Of a DNA stretch of 64,000 nt, positions 1-8,849 are shown one piece after another. The notes beneath the pieces were generated by a model. It was not told the DNA's origin. It was given only the letters and a program-made list of their open reading frames with translations, and made no database searches. The position numbers were made by a program, and so were the translations under genes. The stretch comes from an uncultured virus (IMG/VR IMGVR_UViG_3300025133_000070) (lineage: Duplodnaviria; Heunggongvirae; Uroviricota; Caudoviricetes), in the IMG/VR virus record IMGVR_UViG_3300025133_000070. One strand, written 5' to 3'. The number at the start of each line of letters is the position of its first letter. Position 1 is the stretch's first letter.

Positions 1-1790
1 GGGATCGCCTGAAGAGGCTCTCCTTCCTTTGCTCCTGCTCTATACACCGTCAACCCTTTCAGGTACGGAGCATAATCCAAAGCCGCTTGAGAGAACTCCT
101 CAGGTGTAGAAGTGGCAGGGAGATTAATAGTTTTCGAGATACAGGAGTCCATGTATTTTTGGATCGTCGCTTGTACCCGAATGTGGTCTTCGGGGGCCAC
201 ATCATAGGCTCCTACGAAGCATTCAAGTGATCTGTCTTTTTCAAAGTATTCTCGGAATAGGGGGTCAACAACTAATTTCTCTTTCCAAATATTGTTATGC
301 CGATAACGGCGGGTATACATAGCAGAGAAAATAGGCTCAATGCCTGAACTAACCCCGTGGAGCATAGAGATAGTACCGCAAGGAGGGATAGTAAGCATAA
401 CAGCATTTCTGATCCCGTATCGTTTGATAAGCATTCTAATACGAGCGGGGAGAGTTTTTGCATAATCTTCATTTAAATATTGTTTGTATTCGAACTCTGG
501 GAATGGGCTCTTGTCCCTTGCGAGATAAATAGATTGCTTGTACGATTCATCTCGTATAGTAGTGAACAGTCGGTCTAAGAACTCAAGGCACTTTTCACTA
601 CCGTACTTAATCCCCAGTTTAATGAGCATATAATGTAGACCTGTTACGCCTAACCCAATCCTACGAGATCTTTCTCCAATCCTCCTGCATGTGTCCGTAG
701 GAAACTTATTAACAGTAAGTACATTGTCTAAGAACCGAATACCTGTTCGCACCGTTCTTGCAAGACGCTTCCAATCCACATCAGTCCCATCATCAAGTAC
801 CATATTAGAAAGATTAACATTGCCGAGGCAACAGTTCCCATAAGAGGGTAATGAAATCTCACCACAAGGGTTCGTTGAATCCAGCCTTTCAAAGTATGAA
901 ACATTCGTGTACCTATTTGCTAAGTCGATGTTATATATACCAGGATCGCCCGACTCAACAGAATTTTTCCAAATAATATTCCACAAATCTCTAGCTTTTA
1001 TATCCTTTTTACAAACGACCTCAAAAGTATCCTTCCAATCTTTTTTGTAGAAATTATTAGCTCGCGTAAGGACATCCTCCTCATCCATACCTACAACACT
1101 AACAACCTCTTCACCATTACGAACTAGATCGTAGGAGTGATACTCTTTATTATTAAATGTAAAGAACCAGTCCTCCTCCAACTCTACAGCCTCAAGAAAC
1201 CTGTCGGTAATAGCAACAGAGATGTTGAAATTGTTAAGCTCCCCCTTATCCAGTTTAACATGGAGAAATTCCATAAGGTCAGGATGAGTAACATTAAGAA
1301 TGCCCATAAGAGCAGTTCGCCTATTTTTTCCCGCTCGTACATGTTCACCCACCTCATTGATCATCTTCAACACAGAGACCGAACCAGGGGCTGAGTGAAG
1401 AACGCTCCCTATGTGGTCTCCTTTCGGACGAATCTTTGAAACATTAAATCCGACACCTCCCCCCGCACAGGAGATTCTATACATATCTTGGACGGTCTTC
1501 CCGATAGAATCCACGCTGTCTTCTGGGTTAATGACATAGCAATTAAGCAAGTTATGATGACCCCTATTACGACCAGCACCATAAATAATCCTCCCGCCAG
1601 GGATAAAGTCTCCAGAACCGATAGCTTCATAGAAGTATTTTTCAATTTTTTCTTTCTCCTCATCTCTCTCTGCGGATGCCACAGTTTTAGCAATAACCCT
1701 AGCCCGTTCAGCCCACTTAGTTTCTCCAGGATATGCGTATCGAGATTCAAAAATTTCCTGACCAAGTTCGTTTAGGGTTGCGTTTGCCAT
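1..1790 (-). CDS. nrdJ: Ribonucleotide reductase large subunit, probably class II (adenosylcobalamin-dependent); 3' end runs off the window
   Basis: Not in the ORF track because it has no stop in the window. Manual translation from ATG 1790 gives MANATLNELGQEIFESRY...FIPGGRI...LLNC...GGGVG...HPD...NFNISV...STNPCGEI (NPCGE at 858-872)...CCLGNVNL...RRIGLGVTGL...IPPCGTIS...SGIEP...ISKTINLP...KGLTVYR. No ATP-cone is evident. The class assignment is inferred. Confidence 0.88.
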   Translation of the reverse strand, partial: MANATLNELGQEIFESRYAYPGETKWAERARVIAKTVASAERDEEKEKIEKYFYEAIGSGDFIPGGRIIYGAGRNRGHHNLLNCYVINPEDSVDSIGKTVQDMYRISCAGGGVGFNVSKIRPKGDHIGSVLHSAPGSVSVLKMINEVGEHVRAGKNRRTALMGILNVTHPDLMEFLHVKLDKGELNNFNISVAITDRFLEAVELEEDWFFTFNNKEYHSYDLVRNGEEVVSVVGMDEEDVLTRANNFYKKDWKDTFEVVCKKDIKARDLWNIIWKNSVESGDPGIYNIDLANRYTNVSYFERLDSTNPCGEISLPSYGNCCLGNVNLSNMVLDDGTDVDWKRLARTVRTGIRFLDNVLTVNKFPTDTCRRIGERSRRIGLGVTGLHYMLIKLGIKYGSEKCLEFLDRLFTTIRDESYKQSIYLARDKSPFPEFEYKQYLNEDYAKTLPARIRMLIKRYGIRNAVMLTIPPCGTISMLHGVSSGIEPIFSAMYTRRYRHNNIWKEKLVVDPLFREYFEKDRSLECFVGAYDVAPEDHIRVQATIQKYMDSCISKTINLPATSTPEEFSQAALDYAPYLKGLTVYRAGAKEGEPLQAI

Positions 1791-1791
1791 A

Positions 1792-3378
1792 TTATTTTCC
1801 TGTTATTTTAGAGATTCCTTTAGACTTTATCATAGTGATAGTCTTAGCGTTGTCCATTAAAGATTTAAGATAATTATTATGCGTAATTACGAACAAAGTC
1901 TTATCTTTCTTCAATTCTGACAAGAGTATATAGAGTCCCTCCAACCCCTCTTGGTCAAGATTCTCAGCAACTTCATCGAAAAACATTAGGTTAGATTTCT
2001 GGTTGTGTGAAATCTTCAAAAGTTCCTGCAACCCCAGCATGACAGACAAACTAATCTTCCTCTTCTCCCCTCCAGACAGGGACATGTAATGAATAGGTTT
2101 CTTATTATGCGTGATCGTCTCCTTTAAACTCTCATCGAACTCAATAAAAAACTTGCCTTGTGAGAGATGAGATAAGTAGAAGTTTACTTTAGAATTAAAA
2201 TACTCTAATACATTTTTAATAATATATTTAACTATACCTGATTCAGAAAAAGCTTTCTCCCAAAAGCGCATGATCTCGTACTTGCTGTTGAACTCTTGCT
2301 TAACATCATGGGCTTCTTGGATCTTACCAAGAGTGTCAGTCTTAATATCCTCAAAGGTTTCAGACTCCTTCCTAAGCTGGTTGTACTCAATAATTTTATG
2401 ATATTCAATAGAAGTAATAGGGACTTCTTTTATTCTGTCATTGTACTTAGTTTTATCCTCTTCATGTTCAATAATATGACCCCTACATTCTTCTATCTCT
2501 AATGCAACTCTTTTAGGATGAAAGGGGGCATCAACAGACTGGCCGCACTTATCACAATATTGATGCTGCTCTGGGTTTTCTAACTTAAACTTTAGGTATG
2601 CAATTCTATCTTCTAATACACCAATATCCTTATTGGCAGAAGCTATACTCCACTCAGCAGAACTATTATCATTCTCTAGCTGTATAACCTCAGAAAGAGA
2701 TAGCGACAAGATAGACTCATCGTATTTCCCTTCTACATTTTTACGAAGCTTAGAGAGAGAAGCAATCTTTTTATCATAAGACTTTATACTCTTCTCATGC
2801 TCCTGAATAATAGCATCCTGTTTTCTAACTGTCTGTGAGTATACAGACTTTAGCTGTTTAACCGACTCTCTCAAAGAAAAAAGATCATCCAAGTTCAGGA
2901 AATTCTTAATGATCGTTCTCTTATCCTCAGGCGTAGCATTAATAAACTCAATGTTATTCTGCTGTCCGAAAACTGAGGACGCTAAGAATACTTTATAATT
3001 GGTTTGAAGAAGCTCATCAATGAATGCCTGGGTGTTCTGGGCATTGTCTCTAGTAAGCTCCTTATCCCCCCTATGCAGCTTTAGGAAGACGGGCTTTCTA
3101 CTCCTTTCAATTACAATATCATCGTTAACCGTAATCTTTACCGAACACTTTTTCTTCTCCTTGTTATTTATCAATGCCTCTTCAGTAGACTTACGAATGG
3201 TCTTACCAAACAAACCCCAAACAACAGCTTCAACTAGAACACTTTTGCCTGAGCCATTGCTACCGTTTGTATCCTTATTGATACCTTCAATTAATACTAT
3301 ACCTTTATACTTATCAAAGCGTAACTTTACATTTTTGATAGAGTAAAAGTTATTGATTTCTATCTTGTTGATTTTCAT
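1792..3378 (-). CDS. gp46: Rad50/SbcC-like recombination ATPase (T4 gp46-like)
   Basis: Walker A GSNGSGKS, coiled coil with CDKC zinc hook, ABC signature LSGGEK, Walker B FFDE, ITH. Confidence 0.95.
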   Translation of the reverse strand: MKINKIEINNFYSIKNVKLRFDKYKGIVLIEGINKDTNGSNGSGKSVLVEAVVWGLFGKTIRKSTEEALINNKEKKKCSVKITVNDDIVIERSRKPVFLKLHRGDKELTRDNAQNTQAFIDELLQTNYKVFLASSVFGQQNNIEFINATPEDKRTIIKNFLNLDDLFSLRESVKQLKSVYSQTVRKQDAIIQEHEKSIKSYDKKIASLSKLRKNVEGKYDESILSLSLSEVIQLENDNSSAEWSIASANKDIGVLEDRIAYLKFKLENPEQHQYCDKCGQSVDAPFHPKRVALEIEECRGHIIEHEEDKTKYNDRIKEVPITSIEYHKIIEYNQLRKESETFEDIKTDTLGKIQEAHDVKQEFNSKYEIMRFWEKAFSESGIVKYIIKNVLEYFNSKVNFYLSHLSQGKFFIEFDESLKETITHNKKPIHYMSLSGGEKRKISLSVMLGLQELLKISHNQKSNLMFFDEVAENLDQEGLEGLYILLSELKKDKTLFVITHNNYLKSLMDNAKTITMIKSKGISKITGK

Positions 3379-4363
3379 GAATAAGTTTTAATCCAGAGAG
3401 GAGATCTTCTTTATTAATTTTTGTTTTGCTTGAGTTAATATAGTAATCAATTAACTCATCATTAAGAGCAGTTGTAAATACTCTACCATCCGTTTCAAAT
3501 TCTTCCTTATCATCCAACAAAGGCTTGTACTTAACTTCTATAGACCCTACCTGTAACTTGTCACACAGGTCTGCAATCCTATCCTGGTCTTCATCAATAC
3601 TATTGATGTTAATTCGTAGTAAAGTAAAGAAGGTATTATTCCCCTCGTCATTAATCCAATCAAGATTATCTTCTACCTTGTCATAGTCTACAACTAAATG
3701 TCTTGGTCCTCTTTGGTTGGGTACTTTGTCCATCCCACTTTCGTCCAGTAACCCGTAGTAACAGTCTTTTCCTGCTTCTCCGAAGTTGGTGGAGTAGGGA
3801 GTTCCGATGACGGATACAGCTTCGTTCTTACCTTCTTTATGAATATGCCCAAGAATCGTTGGGTTTCTAAAATCGGATAGAGACAGGCTAAAATCAGCAT
3901 CCCCAGCAGAGTTAAGCACCCCATAATAACCAAAGTGCCCGAACACAGTATAACCCCTAGGAGCATTGAGAAGCTCTCTTTTAATTTTTGTTTCATCTTC
4001 ATAGTGTGGAATAAATACCCATTTGTTTTTGTGATCTATCCAAGTGTGAGTAATAACTTTCACCTTTGGACTTTGAAAAAGACTTAACGCTGTAGTACCA
4101 TCGTCAGCTTTATTTATACTATCGTGATTCCCTCTTAAAATAAAAATATTTTTAGTCTTACTAACCTCATCAAACAACTCTTTTAATGCTAGTAATACTG
4201 TTGGTCTAGGGTTTCTATGCATCATAAGGTCCCCCAGAAAAATAACCTTATCACAAGTAGGGTTCTCTTTACAAATTTCTAGTACAGACTGTTTCTGAGC
4301 AGCCAGTAACCCCCTTGGTTTGTTATCGAAATGTAAATCCCCAATTACTAATGTCTTTACCAT
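3350..4363 (-). CDS. gp47: Mre11/SbcD-like metallophosphoesterase nuclease (T4 gp47-like)
   Basis: GDLH, GD, GNHD, GH and GHIH motifs, adjacent to gp46. Start moved to ATG 4363 (MVKTLVIGD), which overlaps the end of the upstream gene. Confidence 0.93.
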   Translation of the reverse strand: MVKTLVIGDLHFDNKPRGLLAAQKQSVLEICKENPTCDKVIFLGDLMMHRNPRPTVLLALKELFDEVSKTKNIFILRGNHDSINKADDGTTALSLFQSPKVKVITHTWIDHKNKWVFIPHYEDETKIKRELLNAPRGYTVFGHFGYYGVLNSAGDADFSLSLSDFRNPTILGHIHKEGKNEAVSVIGTPYSTNFGEAGKDCYYGLLDESGMDKVPNQRGPRHLVVDYDKVEDNLDWINDEGNNTFFTLLRININSIDEDQDRIADLCDKLQVGSIEVKYKPLLDDKEEFETDGRVFTTALNDELIDYYINSSKTKINKEDLLSGLKLIHENQQDRNQ

Positions 4364-4557
4364 TTTTTTATTGGACACTTTTCAGTATCCATCTTAGTTT
4401 TATACTTTAAAACACAACCACAAAGAGAACAGAGGTTAGAAGAGTTGTGTTCACATTTCATACAGATATTCATCCGTTGTTCAGCAGTTAGAGAAACCCT
4501 ACAGCCCCCAATACACCAGCAATATAGTGCTTTTATAAATCTAAATATTTTCTCCAT
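4357..4557 (-). CDS. Small Cys-rich protein of unknown function
   Basis: RMNICMKC...CSLCGC...KCPIKKW pattern common in phage small proteins; tightly packed in the operon. Confidence 0.7.
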   Translation of the reverse strand: MEKIFRFIKALYCWCIGGCRVSLTAEQRMNICMKCEHNSSNLCSLCGCVLKYKTKMDTEKCPIKKW

Positions 4558-5242
4558 TAGTACATAAGGCTTTCCAACTTACAGGAAACAGTGATTCCAT
4601 GATTGTTCCAATCGCTTTCGCAAATTCTTGTGTCTCCTGTTGAGTATGCTCTTCAGTCCTCAGTTTATATAGGTGATGCCACCCAAGAAGGGTTCCTGTT
4701 GTAACTGTAGTAGTAAACATTGCCTGGGGTAGGACCATCCTAGCTTGTTCAGGACACACTCCAAGCTCAAGTAACCTCTCATAAACTTCTGCTATTTGGC
4801 AATACAAATCATCAACTTTCTCATCTACAATAATAGAATCCTCAGTAGGCAACCTATCTTTACTGCTTCCCTGCTTTACATTATCAGCCCTTGGCCTCCA
4901 CTCATCCGTTGTGGGGTAATGAAACTCTGGGTCTGAATCAATATATCTACGAGATACCTCGCTCCAAGAGAACCCTACCTGATGTTTACCTAGCTGACGC
5001 AGTACGAATAAAGGCGCGACGATGCGTAAAGTACATACAGGATGACGGAAAGGCAGTAGATGTCCATGCTCTGCCAGATAGTTGATAAGTTTTGTATCTG
5101 TTTTGTGATCAAATATTTCATGTGTCTTATCAAAAGAACACCTCGCTGAATTTACAACAAGCAAATCACCATTACAGGTGTTGCTCATAGGCTCTACTGA
5201 GCCCTTGTGCAATATATGTTTTACTTCCAAAAGGTCCACCAC
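4541..5242 (-). CDS. thyX: FAD-dependent thymidylate synthase
   Basis: VNSARCSF, GHLLPF, RQLGKHQ...SEVSRRY (variant of RHR-x7-SxR), EQARMVLP, LR...Q.E. Confidence 0.93.
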   Translation of the reverse strand: MVDLLEVKHILHKGSVEPMSNTCNGDLLVVNSARCSFDKTHEIFDHKTDTKLINYLAEHGHLLPFRHPVCTLRIVAPLFVLRQLGKHQVGFSWSEVSRRYIDSDPEFHYPTTDEWRPRADNVKQGSSKDRLPTEDSIIVDEKVDDLYCQIAEVYERLLELGVCPEQARMVLPQAMFTTTVTTGTLLGWHHLYKLRTEEHTQQETQEFAKAIGTIMESLFPVSWKALCTNGENI

Positions 5243-5604
5243 TTACTAGGGTTAAGATAATGTCTAGCTCGTTTTAATTTTTGTACATCATCATTAAAGC
5301 CACCCAAACCCCTGTTACAAGAATGACATAACCAACCTCTGAACTGTGCGGTTTTATGATCATGATCTAATACCCACGAACCAATCCTAACACCCCCTAA
5401 ACCCTTCACCTCTTCTTCATTTCTTAAACAAATAGGACAAACATGATCGGCAGGAGCAACTCCGTACTTCTTTTTTAATTCTCTTCGCTCTTTATTAAGT
5501 CTATTGGTACACTTCTTGCACTCTGGTCTTAGGAAATTAGCTCCGCTATGTCTACCGAACGCTGAGTTGTCAAGGTCTTGTAAGCATTTATTACATTGTT
5601 TCAT
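5221..5604 (-). CDS. Endonuclease VII-family HNH nuclease
   Basis: CPIC...LDHDHKT..RGWLCHSCNRGLG, plus an N-terminal CxxC/CxxC pair. Confidence 0.9.
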   Translation of the reverse strand: MKQCNKCLQDLDNSAFGRHSGANFLRPECKKCTNRLNKERRELKKKYGVAPADHVCPICLRNEEEVKGLGGVRIGSWVLDHDHKTAQFRGWLCHSCNRGLGGFNDDVQKLKRARHYLNPSKWWTFWK

Positions 5605-6686
5605 AGAATAGGAATCCCATTATCAAAAGTTACTTCTTTACCATCTCCAAAGGACTTACCGACCTCTGCATCAATAGCAAGAGGTACATCAAAATGAATA
5701 TTAAAAATTTCCTTGATCAGCGGATAATTAACCATTTCATCGTATAGAATCTCCAGTGTATCCTTCACCTCTTCTTGAGGACATACAATTTCAATCGAGT
5801 CATGTACCGTAGCTACAGGTTTAGCTTGCAGTCCAGCAGCCTCAAACCTTCTGGATGCTCCTAGAAGAGAGGTAAGAAGTATGTCAGAGGCTGCACTTTG
5901 GATAGTAAAGTTCAGTCCCTGCCTCAACGCTCTGTTAATGACCGAGCGATCCCTACTCACCACATCAGGCAGGTTACGTTTGCGACCAAAGATAGTGTAA
6001 GCATACCCATTAGTTTTAATAAAGTTGTTAACGAAGTCCATGTATTCAAAGATTCCTGGGTACACATTCTCATAATCTTTAATAATCCTCTCGGCTCTCC
6101 GCATAGGAATGCCCATCGTCTCACTTAAATTGAATGCACCTCCCCCGTATACAATAAGAAAGGAAACAGTCTTGGCAATTTGCCTCTCAGTCTTACTAAT
6201 TTTTTCTTTATTGAACAGAAGCTTTGCAGTGTAGGTATGAAGATCAGCACCTTGATTGAAAGCTAATTGCATATTCCCTTCCTTGGCAATATGAGACAGG
6301 ACTCGTAGCTCCATTGCTGCATAATCAGCAGCAATAAACGCCCAGTCGTCAGGGGCTCTGAAAAGGCTCCTGATGTTGTTTTTAGTTTCTCGGGGTAGTG
6401 TGTGGAAGGACACTCCCATTGCCTTCTGAGCGTTGTACGCAGCGCATGAGAGCCTCCCAGTTGCAGTACCATCAAAGCGGAAGTCTACAAAGACTTTATT
6501 GCGCTCATTATAAGCAATAGCATTCTTTGTTCCATCAATATAAGTCTTGGTTAGCTTCTCAGATTTACGAAGATCTAGCAACCCTTTCAGGAATTTCTTA
6601 GCTTCCACCAAATCTTCTGTGGTCTTTGACGCAACAACAGACTTGCTTACCTTTTTCCCTTCGTCTCTATGCTGCCATTTACCCAC
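5601..6686 (-). CDS. polA: Family A DNA polymerase, catalytic (fingers/palm) fragment
   Basis: TATGRLS, motif A ADYAAMELR, motif B RQIAKTVSFLIVYG, TIFGRKR, NFTIQSAASD, motif C VHDS; GTG start with GGAG upstream. Confidence 0.95.
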   Translation of the reverse strand: MGKWQHRDEGKKVSKSVVASKTTEDLVEAKKFLKGLLDLRKSEKLTKTYIDGTKNAIAYNERNKVFVDFRFDGTATGRLSCAAYNAQKAMGVSFHTLPRETKNNIRSLFRAPDDWAFIAADYAAMELRVLSHIAKEGNMQLAFNQGADLHTYTAKLLFNKEKISKTERQIAKTVSFLIVYGGGAFNLSETMGIPMRRAERIIKDYENVYPGIFEYMDFVNNFIKTNGYAYTIFGRKRNLPDVVSRDRSVINRALRQGLNFTIQSAASDILLTSLLGASRRFEAAGLQAKPVATVHDSIEIVCPQEEVKDTLEILYDEMVNYPLIKEIFNIHFDVPLAIDAEVGKSFGDGKEVTFDNGIPIL

Positions 6687-7158
6687 GGCTTTCTAACTCC
6701 GTATCAATATGTTCAAGAAGTAGTTTAAGAGTAGGTGCAGAGACCGAAGGTTTTCCTTTGGCTGTTTTGTCAGGAGGATAAAGTTCCATACCACCTTCCC
6801 TGGTGTAAAGGATTTCAATTAAATCATTGTTGGAGGATAAATTATCAGTCTTCGTAACACTCTTACAAGTGTATAGAAAATCCTCCTCGTCCATATTAGT
6901 AGATCGCAACTGCTTACCTACAGAATCTAGCGTGGACAAGTCTACATCCAACCCATTATACTCCATCTCTGCGAAAGTTTCAAGAGAAGGCATAACAACA
7001 TTCTCAATAAGTTTCATAACAGGTTGTCCATCTAACCTTTCCATGATAAGGTCGAAGAGCTTAAGGGTAAAGTAGGTATCCATCGCATTGCCTTCACAGC
7101 AATCAGATAGATCCATGTTCGCCCAATCAAATTTACTGGGGTTATCAATTGTTAACAT
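6679..7158 (-). CDS. Family A DNA polymerase, middle fragment (ExoIII plus thumb start)
   Basis: GNAMDTYFTLKLF (ExoIII-like), MEYNGLDVD, NLSSNNDLIEILY, KTAKGKPSV are typical PolA exo-end and thumb segments. Confidence 0.85.
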   Translation of the reverse strand: MLTIDNPSKFDWANMDLSDCCEGNAMDTYFTLKLFDLIMERLDGQPVMKLIENVVMPSLETFAEMEYNGLDVDLSTLDSVGKQLRSTNMDEEDFLYTCKSVTKTDNLSSNNDLIEILYTREGGMELYPPDKTAKGKPSVSAPTLKLLLEHIDTELESRG

Positions 7159-8180
7159 TAGAGATCCTCCAACTCATTGGCGAAATACAGTTTAGTTAAG
7201 TCCATCAAACTCTTGGGCATGTTCTCATCCAGAAGGTGGTGCATGATCTTAGTGTCCCAGACATTCTTAGTATAGATTCCATAGTTAAGCAAGAACTTGA
7301 GATCGAACTTAGCATTGTGAAAGACCTTCCTATTCTTAGGATTCTCTAAGATGCGGCGAAGAAGAACCCAAACCTTAGCATAGTGTGGTTCTCCCTTTCG
7401 GAAAGGACTATCTTTATGATCCAAAGGAAGCACCCAAGTCTGCTCTTTAGAAGTAATAGAGATTGTCATAATACTATCCTTCAAAAAATTCAGACCTGTG
7501 GTTTCTGTGTCAACTGCTATCGTTTCATAGGAGTCCCATAGCTTCTTTGCTAATGCCTCGACCTCTTCGATCTGCGTGAGGACTTTATAGGTAAAGTTCC
7601 CTTTAACTCTTTTGCCAAGTACATATTTTTCATATGCATTTTGGATGTCTGTTTTGAACAGGATTGTGTGGCGAGGCTCCTTAATACAGGAGTAAGGATG
7701 AAAAATAGGCACAACGATACAGCGATGCCCTCCAGTAGTGATATATTCATAAGATTTTCCTCTCTTGCTTGTGATGCCACTCTTCTTGATCAGCATCTTC
7801 ATGGCTAAGTTCCCACAAGGGAACACTAGTTTAGGCTTTACCTTATCTATGGTGGCCTCTAGGTGGACGCGACATAACTTCATATTGTCTGGGGTCATGT
7901 CTGCTTCTTTAACAGAGGGACACTTGACAGACGCAGCTAACCTATAACTTTCTTTGTAACACTCATCAATGAGAGACACCTCTGCCTTAGAGAAGGGTGC
8001 AATGGTTCCCAACCTATAGTTAAGGGAATCAGACAGAAATAAGACAGGTGCTTCTCCAAAATCCTCATAATCCATAACCGAATGGCATGGTTTACTTTTC
8101 TCCAGAATGGAACACCCCTCACATAAAGGATTATCCCCATGAGTTTTGTGTCCTGCGTACAACTTATCGAGATCGAACAT
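7158..8180 (-). CDS. Family A DNA polymerase, N-terminal fragment: UDG-like Fe-S domain plus 3'-5' exonuclease (ExoI, ExoII)
   Basis: CEGC, SVKC, KLC, KPKLVFPCG and PIFHPY of a family-4 UDG-like fold; AVDTETTGL (ExoI); FHNAKFDL (ExoII); WDT. Confidence 0.88.
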   Translation of the reverse strand: MFDLDKLYAGHKTHGDNPLCEGCSILEKSKPCHSVMDYEDFGEAPVLFLSDSLNYRLGTIAPFSKAEVSLIDECYKESYRLAASVKCPSVKEADMTPDNMKLCRVHLEATIDKVKPKLVFPCGNLAMKMLIKKSGITSKRGKSYEYITTGGHRCIVVPIFHPYSCIKEPRHTILFKTDIQNAYEKYVLGKRVKGNFTYKVLTQIEEVEALAKKLWDSYETIAVDTETTGLNFLKDSIMTISITSKEQTWVLPLDHKDSPFRKGEPHYAKVWVLLRRILENPKNRKVFHNAKFDLKFLLNYGIYTKNVWDTKIMHHLLDENMPKSLMDLTKLYFANELEDL

Positions 8181-8182
8181 GG

Positions 8183-8191
8183 CTATAATAG
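8183..8191 (+). promoter_or_regulatory. Putative -10 element (CTATAATAG) for a leaderless transcript of the gp55-like gene
   Basis: TATAAT 5 nt before ATG 8195 with no SD; the same motif recurs at 9243, 12488 and 62723. Confidence 0.6.
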
Positions 8192-8194
8192 GGT

Positions 8195-8536
8195 ATGAAT
8201 AATCATTACATAGACAACAAGAGATTTGAAGAGATCATCCTATTATACCAGCAAGACCCAGAAACTTACGAGGATGATCTAGTTTCTTTATTTGATCTGC
8301 TAATCACCAACATAATCGAGTCTTTTAGATTCAAAGTAGACCCCGATGATGCGAAACAAGAATGCTTTGCCTTGGTTCTTAAGACAGTAAAGAACTTTAA
8401 GCCACGCAAAGGGACAGCCTTTAACTATTTTACAACCATCATAGTTAACAATCTAAAACTGCTGTACACTAGGAACAAAAAATACAATCAGAAAATAGAA
8501 AACTATATTGAAAGAAAGAAGGATGATTTTATTTAA
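8195..8536 (+). CDS. gp55: Late-transcription sigma factor, T4 gp55-like (short)
   Basis: HYIDNKRF...DDAKQEC...KNFKP...AFNYFTTII match gp55-family hallmarks (HYVNN, AFAYFT). Confidence 0.75.
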   Translation: MNNHYIDNKRFEEIILLYQQDPETYEDDLVSLFDLLITNIIESFRFKVDPDDAKQECFALVLKTVKNFKPRKGTAFNYFTTIIVNNLKLLYTRNKKYNQKIENYIERKKDDFI

Positions 8537-8849
8537 TCCTAAGGTTCTTCATCACCATAGAAAGGTAATCCTCTGAATGAATCCCTCTTTTGTTTAGGCG
8601 TACAAGCTGAGGAAGCTTCGTTGTGTTATATATAACAAAGCTGTGGGGCATACGAAAGCTGTCCACGATGTAAAGGGGCTGTCCTTGCTCAACATCTTTA
8701 TACTTTTCTCTGAGCTTGGACAACAAAACATTAGAGTGCTTGTCCCACAAAGAAATAAATAGAATATTGATAGGAGACCTATCTCTCTTGTAAGTTCGAA
8801 TGATCTTATTAAGATCGTTTTCCTTTTTAAGGAAATGTAATTTGTACAT
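8529..8849 (-). CDS. Hypothetical protein, possibly a thioredoxin-like fold without CxxC
   Basis: ILFISLWDKHS...YIVD...LPQLVRL pattern; TAATG coupling with the upstream gene. Confidence 0.5.
   Translation of the reverse strand: MYKLHFLKKENDLNKIIRTYKRDRSPINILFISLWDKHSNVLLSKLREKYKDVEQGQPLYIVDSFRMPHSFVIYNTTKLPQLVRLNKRGIHSEDYLSMVMKNLRIK

Noticed and set aside
272..1775. Short ORF-track calls at 272, 1137, 1409 and 1488
   Set aside because: All lie within the ribonucleotide reductase frame that the track missed
5601..8180. Split inteins, introns or stop-codon reassignment explaining the polA fragments
   Set aside because: No intein terminal motifs and no intervening sequence. The fragments are in different frames, so readthrough cannot join them. 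TAA, TAG and TGA all end normal genes in this window.
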